32,000 nucleotides of DNA from Promethearchaeota archaeon (lineage in GTDB: Archaea; Asgardarchaeota; Thorarchaeia; Thorarchaeales; Thorarchaeaceae): positions 1 through 32,000 of the forward strand of contig JALVPN010000067.1 in NCBI GenBank assembly GCA_027031765.1, written 5' to 3'. The position numbers were made by a program, and so were the translations under genes. Numbering within the stretch: position 1 is the first letter of the stretch; the number at the start of each line of letters is the position of its first letter. Of this stretch, positions 27,101 to 32,000 are shown one piece after another. A model generated the notes under the pieces. It did not search any database. It worked only from the letters and a program-made list of their open reading frames with translations, and was not told the origin of the DNA.

Positions 27101-30100
27101 TGGTAAGGCCGTCATGGTCCACGTCGAGGTAGTAGTCTGAGGTGCCATTTGCATATGTGGAGTACCTTGACGCATTGAGGCCCAAGAGGCGGTCCTCCGA
27201 ATAGTCGTCAAGCCCATCACGGTCGGTGTCCTTGCGGCGCGGGTCTGTACCGATGAGGAACTCATCATGGTCTGTGAGCTGGTCGCCATCAGTATCACTC
27301 ACCAGCGGGTCCGAGGTCACAGTGAAGTGCTCAATGCCCTCTGAACTGTTCACAATGGAGACCGTGAAGCCGAGGACTTCGGTACCGTCCGGGAGGTCAT
27401 CATCGTCGCTGTCCATGTCACCGGGCGAGGTCTTGTAGACGTACAGCTCGTTGCCATTCGAGAGGCCATCACTGTCCGAGTCGAGGTCATAGTCAAGGAT
27501 ACCGGGGGTGGTCATATTGGTCGTGGGGTCAGTACCGGTGACCTTGACCTCGGTGTAGTCGTCAATCTGGTCACTGTCGGTATCGTTCACAAGGGGCAGC
27601 GTGCCATAGTCGTTGACCTCCTCACCGTCCTTCAGGCCGTCACTGTCGGTGTCAGGGCGCAGTGGGTCAGTGTGCCACGTGAGAACCTCCTCACCGTCCT
27701 TCAGGCCGTCACTGTCGGTGTCAGCAGTCGCAGGGTCTGTCTCCCCAGGGTCGACCACGCCGTCACCATCGATGTCCTCGCCGACCTCGCCGGGGTCCCA
27801 CCGCCCATCGTGGTCGGTGTCGTTCCAACCGTCTGGCAGCTGGTCGTTGTCGGTGTCCCAGAGCGTTGCATTGAGGCCCACATCCACCTCTAGGCCGTCA
27901 CGCAACATGTCGCCATCCGTGTCCCATACCAGCGGGTCAGTGTTGTAGGTGCGTATCTCCTGCACGTTTGTCAGGCCGTCATGGTCCTGGTCGTCATTGG
28001 CGTCCCGCACACCGTCGTCGTCCGAGTCTGCGTCCAGAGGGTCGGTCATGGTCTGGCGCACCTCCTCGGCATCGGTCAGCCCGTCAGAGTCCGTGTCAGC
28101 GACCCGTGGGTCACAGCCTGACGCGTACTCGTCTATGTTCGTGAGGCCGTCACCGTCGGGGTCCTCGGCACCATCAAGGGTGCCGTCGTCGTCAGTGTCA
28201 TTGTAGCACGGGTCGGTCTGCGTCTCCCGTACCTCGAACCAGTTTGGCAGGCCGTCCCCATCGTTGTCGTACTGGTCGTCACGTGGCTGGCCGGAGCCGT
28301 GTGTGTACGGTGTCGTAGGGTCGGTCCGGGTCACATAGAGCTCCACACCGTTCGACAGACCATCACCATCAAGGTCCTCATCATAGTCGCCAACACCGTT
28401 GTCGTTACTGTCCGGGTCATTTGGGTCGGTACCAAGATCTGTGTACTCGTGGCCGTCCTTGATGCCATCACCATCAGTATCGGGGACCCGTGGGAGGGTA
28501 TGGGTCACGTTCAGCTCGACTATGTTGGACAGGAAGTCCAAGTCGGAGTCCTCCGCGTCATCACGCGTGCCATCGCGATCGGTGTCTGCGAGTGCGACAT
28601 CCGTCCGTGTGAGATATATTTCCTGACCGTTGGTCAGCGTATCATTGTCATAGTCATAGTCATAGTCGTTGGTCGCGTTGGTCGGGTCGAAGGTGTAGGC
28701 ATTGGTCGGGTCGAACAGCTGGGAACGGTCAATCTCGTCCTTATCAAGGACGCCATCGCCGTCTGTGTCAACGGATGTGGGTGATGTACCGTACTTGTTG
28801 ACCTCGATGCCATCACCGACAGAGTCCCCATCAGTGTCGGACTCTGTGAGGTTGGTACCATATACATTGACCTCGTCATAGTCGCTGAGGCCATCGACAT
28901 CCGAGTCGTTCGAGTTGGGGTTGCTGTGCCAGACGTTGACCTCATCACCATCTGACAGCATGTCGCCATCACTGTCGGGGTTGGTGGCGTTGGTGTTGTA
29001 GGTGTTTATTTCGGCATAGTCGTCAAGGCCGTCACCGTCCGTGTCCGCACTTGACACGTTCGTCCCGTATGTGACGTACTCGGCATAGTCGTCAAGGCCG
29101 TCGCCATCAGTGTCGCTGTCCCTGGGGTCTGAGTGGACGACTGCCACCTCCTCGTAGTCGGTGAGCCGGTCGCCATCCGTGTCCTCATTCGTGGGGCTCG
29201 TCTTGTAGACCTTGACCTCTTCACCGTCCGACAGCCCGTCATCGTCTGAGTCGGGGTCGTGGACATCGCTGCCCACCGAGATCTCCTTCCAGTTGGCGAG
29301 GCCGTCACGGTCCTCGTCATCGTAGTAGTCTGACACCCCGTCGTTGTCACTGTCCACATCATTCGGGTCCGTGCCCGTTATCCTGACCTCCTGCAGGTTC
29401 GTGAGGCCATCGCCATCATTGTCGTCCTGTCCATCATCGACACCATCGCCGTCCGTGTCAGCCTCTGTGGGCGAGGTCTGTGTGATGTTGTTCTCCTCGT
29501 AGTCGGTGAGGAGGTCGCCGTCCGTGTCGCGCCTGTTCGGGTCGGTCCCGAGGTACACCTCCTGCCAGTCGGTCAGGCCATCGCTGTCCGAGTCACTGTC
29601 GTTCGGGTCGGTGCCGAAGGTGACCACCTCATCAAAGTCATTGAGTCCATCGTCATCACTGTCGGGGTCAAGTGGTGATGTCCCGTACTGCAGCACCTCG
29701 TCGCCATCGCTGAGCCTGTCGTTGTCAGTGTCCGGGTCATCGACGAGCGTACCCTCAATGAGGGCCTCCCTCGCATCGGCAAGGCCGTCACGGTCATTGT
29801 CGCGCCCATAGGCCCTCACAGAACCACCATTCGTGCCCACGACAAACTCGTAGTTCCCGTCGGCATCGAGATCGCATGTCCCAAGCACACCGGAGAAACC
29901 CACTATGTCCACTCCAGTGACCAGGTAGCCAGAGGCATTATACAGGGTCACAGTACCGCCCGTACCAACAAGCACCTGTGGGTCTGCCAGACCGCCGATA
30001 TTGGCGACCCCCACCACGTTCACCTGGGCACTAAGAGTCCTGTTCCACACTTGGAGGCCTGACGCGTTGTACACACGGAGGGCGCCTGCGGATGTACCAG

Positions 30101-30986
30101 CCACAATCTCGTCGGCACCGCCTGTGAGCAGTTGCGCGACCTTGAGACCCGTGATGCTCTCATTCAGGAGTAGTGTCCACACGGGTGTACCATTGGCAAG
30201 GCGCACGTACACATCACCGTGCGAGTTGCCATATGCGATGTCCGCCGACGCCGAGCCAGTGAGGTTACCACTGCTCACTGCACGCACACCGTATACGGTC
30301 GTGTGGGAGAAGACGGCCGTGCCATTGGGCCGCAGCAGTACGAACTGACCCGAGTCAGAGCCGGTGAGGACCTCAGAATAGGAGTCACCATCGAGGTCGC
30401 TGGCCGACAGGGCACGTACCCGGCCACTGACAGTATGGTTCCACAACTGGGTGGAGTTCAGATGGTACGCATAGACGGTACCATCGTCGCAGCCCGCAAC
30501 GACCTCCTGTGGCGAGCCGGCATCGAGCTGGGCGCCAGCCACAACATTCACTGGACTGGGCAGTGTGATGTTGGTGAGCAGCTGTGCGTTGTCGTCGTAC
30601 ACGACCAGCCCACTCGCTGTGCCCACGACCAGTTCGTCCTGCGGGTCGGCATCTGCTGACACGAGTGCGATGCCGTAGCCAGCAGCACCGAGTGCGGTCG
30701 TCCAAAGACGCGTGCCGTCCTGGTCGAAGACAAAGAGACTGCCGTTGTCTGTGACCACCGCGACCTCTGAGTAATCATCTGTATCGAGGTTGCCAGTGAC
30801 GATGGCGTTCACACGGTTGCCGGTCGAGTTGGACCACACCGGGGCGACCTCGAACGGGGCGATAGCGGCGTAGGTGGTGCCCGTTGACACAGCGCTGTTG
30901 CCGGCACCCATGTGCGAACCCTGCTGGACGCCTGCGAGGACACACAAAAATAGGGACAGTAGTATGACCAGACGGCGGACTTTCAT
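24198..30986 (-). CDS. Giant single-pass surface protein: signal peptide, FG-GAP/PQQ-like beta-propeller, 77 thrombospondin-type-3-like Ca-binding repeats, TM and cytosolic beta-sandwich
   Basis: ATG 30986 gives MKVRRLVILLSLFLCVLAGV (2262 aa; the ORF-track start 31019 is less likely). About 8 blade motifs (LDTDDYSEV, LDGDSYSEV, LDADGNYEF); DxDxDGLxDxxE repeats; TM WGFAVMRVVLAVVVLSVVG followed by RKVAERWRRR. Confidence 0.9.
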   Translation of the reverse strand: MKVRRLVILLSLFLCVLAGVQQGSHMGAGNSAVSTGTTYAAIAPFEVAPVWSNSTGNRVNAIVTGNLDTDDYSEVAVVTDNGSLFVFDQDGTRLWTTALGAAGYGIALVSADADPQDELVVGTASGLVVYDDNAQLLTNITLPSPVNVVAGAQLDAGSPQEVVAGCDDGTVYAYHLNSTQLWNHTVSGRVRALSASDLDGDSYSEVLTGSDSGQFVLLRPNGTAVFSHTTVYGVRAVSSGNLTGSASADIAYGNSHGDVYVRLANGTPVWTLLLNESITGLKVAQLLTGGADEIVAGTSAGALRVYNASGLQVWNRTLSAQVNVVGVANIGGLADPQVLVGTGGTVTLYNASGYLVTGVDIVGFSGVLGTCDLDADGNYEFVVGTNGGSVRAYGRDNDRDGLADAREALIEGTLVDDPDTDNDRLSDGDEVLQYGTSPLDPDSDDDGLNDFDEVVTFGTDPNDSDSDSDGLTDWQEVYLGTDPNRRDTDGDLLTDYEENNITQTSPTEADTDGDGVDDGQDDNDGDGLTNLQEVRITGTDPNDVDSDNDGVSDYYDDEDRDGLANWKEISVGSDVHDPDSDDDGLSDGEEVKVYKTSPTNEDTDGDRLTDYEEVAVVHSDPRDSDTDGDGLDDYAEYVTYGTNVSSADTDGDGLDDYAEINTYNTNATNPDSDGDMLSDGDEVNVWHSNPNSNDSDVDGLSDYDEVNVYGTNLTESDTDGDSVGDGIEVNKYGTSPTSVDTDGDGVLDKDEIDRSQLFDPTNAYTFDPTNATNDYDYDYDNDTLTNGQEIYLTRTDVALADTDRDGTRDDAEDSDLDFLSNIVELNVTHTLPRVPDTDGDGIKDGHEYTDLGTDPNDPDSNDNGVGDYDEDLDGDGLSNGVELYVTRTDPTTPYTHGSGQPRDDQYDNDGDGLPNWFEVRETQTDPCYNDTDDDGTLDGAEDPDGDGLTNIDEYASGCDPRVADTDSDGLTDAEEVRQTMTDPLDADSDDDGVRDANDDQDHDGLTNVQEIRTYNTDPLVWDTDGDMLRDGLEVDVGLNATLWDTDNDQLPDGWNDTDHDGRWDPGEVGEDIDGDGVVDPGETDPATADTDSDGLKDGEEVLTWHTDPLRPDTDSDGLKDGEEVNDYGTLPLVNDTDSDQIDDYTEVKVTGTDPTTNMTTPGILDYDLDSDSDGLSNGNELYVYKTSPGDMDSDDDDLPDGTEVLGFTVSIVNSSEGIEHFTVTSDPLVSDTDGDQLTDHDEFLIGTDPRRKDTDRDGLDDYSEDRLLGLNASRYSTYANGTSDYYLDVDHDGLTNGLEIYGYHSNATAWDTDGDLLSDGTEVHLAGTSPTDMDTDDDGLSDYEEYVVYHTDPTGDDSDADGLDDYHEVYVSRTSPTDWDTDGDLLSDYDEVNTYGTSPNSPDSDGDQIDDRKELELGLDPNNNDTDSDGLSDWEEWKVYDTDGTDPDCDDDGLLDGEEIDHGCDPKNPDTDFDDLKDGDEVNDLGTDPTTPDTDGDHLADNDELWNSHTDPTSSDSDGDGVPDDLDDQDGDGINNYLEIYYYETNCTLVDTDGDMLSDSYEVFTSHTSPRDGDTDDDSIGDWDEIFLFSSDPNRRDTDGDLLEDGEEAYTYHTLLNSTDTDADGVSDYDEIMVFETDALTPDTDGDGLTDGLELNVYNTDPLVMDTDSDLLLDAQEVALGTDPLSPDTDSDGLTDYQEANLTLTNPLRYSTRGDGTSDADWDIDSDGLSNSDELALTHTDPRNPDSDGDGIDDGADDEDRDLLTNYQECYLTGTDPRDKDTDDDGISDLNDDEDGDGLTNIEEILAGTAPRKADTDGDTLSDYDETRVYHTDPLARDSDGDGLDDNREVKDYRSDPLRVDTDDDRLTDYEEVELTGTSPIKNMTHPGVLDSEWDSDGDGLSNIEELRVYGTLPLDPDYDNDDLADGLEVQYGSNPRKRDTDSDSIIDGAEVHLYGTSPTSVDTDNDHLSDYDEVFVYGTNATLSDTDGDGLSDYYEVMVSKTSPTSVDTDSDGLSDREEVTEYHTDPELADTDSDRLSDYDEVNVYHTSPLVNDTDGDGLSDYAELTLYHTSPVSADTDGDGLSDREEVVVYGTNATSSDTDGDMLLDGADFEPTVHWGFAVMRVVLAVVVLSVVGRKVAERWRRREYVTEAEPASPGLEPGMEVLVEYKIRDGKVIFGVAVRNGSKNPMHNVQVVLGVPDLTDVIKSQVVGTIEPGGVSVTEIDFELQPGAEGELVGMVEYDSADGEHRVVNLRPVHIVA
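24640..29801 (-). repeat. Array of DxDxDG(L)xDxxE calcium-binding repeats (bacterial TSP3-like), 77 motifs by manual count
   Basis: Mostly 22-23 aa (66-69 nt) units such as DTDGDGLSDYAELTLYHTSPVSA, interspersed with 12-aa units such as DSDGDGVPDDLD. Confidence 0.92.
27616..27724 (+). repeat. Exact 40-nt direct repeat at 69-nt spacing
   Basis: ACCTCCTCACCGTCCTTCAGGCCGTCACTGTCGGTGTCAG occurs at 27616-27655 and 27685-27724. Confidence 0.9.
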
Positions 30987-31054
30987 GGTGACCGTGCTCC
31001 CGTATTGCTGTACGGACACGGCGAGATGTTGTTATTAGTATTGTGCGAGGACAC

Positions 31055-31999
31055 CTAGTCCTGTGCTGCCCCCTCCCGGTCCCGTCCGCTACGCGACTTC
31101 CACGGCTTGACCTGGAAGTAGTCGAAGAAGTCGGCCTCCACGACGCTGACCTCTTCAAAGGGGATTTCCATCCTGTTGAACGCCCGGATGATTGGGAGCA
31201 CCATGTCAGCAGGGCGGTCCACGAAGAGCTTCAGTGTGTTCCGGCCGGCCTTGGCCATGAAGCGTACCTCGGGGACAGACCAGATACGGTCCACAACCGA
31301 CGGGGATAGGGTCGGCAGGACAACACGCAGGCCCTCACCACGTCCCGGCAGGCTGGCGATAAGGTCTTCGGGTGTACCGAACTGGCTGACCTCTCCGTTC
31401 TCAAGGAGGCAGACGCGGGTACAGTAGTCAACAATCTCAAGGTCGTGACTGATGATCACCATTGTCGTACCGAGCTCGTAGTTCAGCTGCTTCAGGTAGT
31501 TGAGGACCTCATGACGGAGGTGCGCGTCGAGTCCGGTGGTGGGCTCGTCGAGCAGCAGTACTGGGGGGTCGTGGATGAGGCCAAGACAGATGGACACGCG
31601 CTTCCGCTCGCCCCCTGAGAGGCGGCTGACACGCTTTGTCATGAGGTCCTCGTCGAAACCGAGGATGTCAAGGATGTTGCGGGCACGTTCCTCAATCTCA
31701 CGTGGCCGCATCCCGAAGCAACGTCCAAAGAACTGTGCATTCTCAAGGGCCGAGAAGTCGTAGTAGAGTGAGAGGTGTTCCAGTTGTGGGACGTACCCCA
31801 CGAGGTAGCTTATCAGGTCTCTCTGCTTTGTGACGTCGTGTCCACCAACGTAGGCCTTTCCACTGGTGGGACGTATCTGACCTGTGAGGACACGCAGGAC
31901 CGTGGTCTTGCCAGCACCAGACGCGCCGATGATACCGAGGAACTCTCTCTTGTTGGCGAAGAATGAGACCCCTTTCAGCGCATAGAACTTGCCAAAGGC
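31055..31999 (-). CDS. ABC transporter ATP-binding protein (CcmA/drug-export type; 5' truncated by window edge)
   Basis: The frame is open from 31999 (AFGKFYALKGVSF...). Walker A GASGAGKT, Q-loop VPQ, signature LSGGE, Walker B LLLDEPT, H-loop ISHD, plus a C-terminal accessory domain. Confidence 0.95.
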   Translation of the reverse strand, partial: AFGKFYALKGVSFFANKREFLGIIGASGAGKTTVLRVLTGQIRPTSGKAYVGGHDVTKQRDLISYLVGYVPQLEHLSLYYDFSALENAQFFGRCFGMRPREIEERARNILDILGFDEDLMTKRVSRLSGGERKRVSICLGLIHDPPVLLLDEPTTGLDAHLRHEVLNYLKQLNYELGTTMVIISHDLEIVDYCTRVCLLENGEVSQFGTPEDLIASLPGRGEGLRVVLPTLSPSVVDRIWSVPEVRFMAKAGRNTLKLFVDRPADMVLPIIRAFNRMEIPFEEVSVVEADFFDYFQVKPWKSRSGRDREGAAQD

Positions 32000-32000
32000 C

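Noticed and set aside
24640-29801. Regularly spaced ~66-69 nt DNA repeats resembling a CRISPR array
   Set aside because: The units are degenerate, codon-phased and lie inside one open reading frame; there is no identical repeat with unique spacers and no cas gene.

Overview
GC-rich (about 60% by eye) archaeal window with 17 protein-coding genes; the first and last are cut by the window edges. No rRNA, tRNA, CRISPR array or mobile element was seen. TATA-like boxes just upstream of starts, the tungsten AOR-family enzyme, a 7TM protein with a longin/roadblock-like tail and giant N-glycosylation-sequon-rich surface proteins suggest an Asgard archaeon, most like Thorarchaeia (inference, not a database result). 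Order: ABC-type permease (+); minus-strand cluster of NMO/FabK-like flavoprotein, Fe-ADH, AOR and PAP2; a ~2500-aa protein with two FG-GAP-like propeller regions, 12 tandem Ig-like domains, 7 TM helices and an Asp/Ser/Tyr tail; a membrane-anchored secreted protein; SCP2; PHP; a plus-strand operon (two paralogous membrane proteins, ArsR-like wHTH, DUF4097-like protein) with a palindromic candidate operator and a hairpin-T9 terminator; a 7TM-longin-like protein; a TPR protein; a ~2260-aa single-pass protein with a beta-propeller, 77 DxDxDG Ca-binding repeats and a cytosolic beta-sandwich; and an ABC ATPase. The most striking features are the adhesion-GPCR-like architecture of the first giant protein and the rule-governed repeat wire and adaptin-appendage-like tail of the second.
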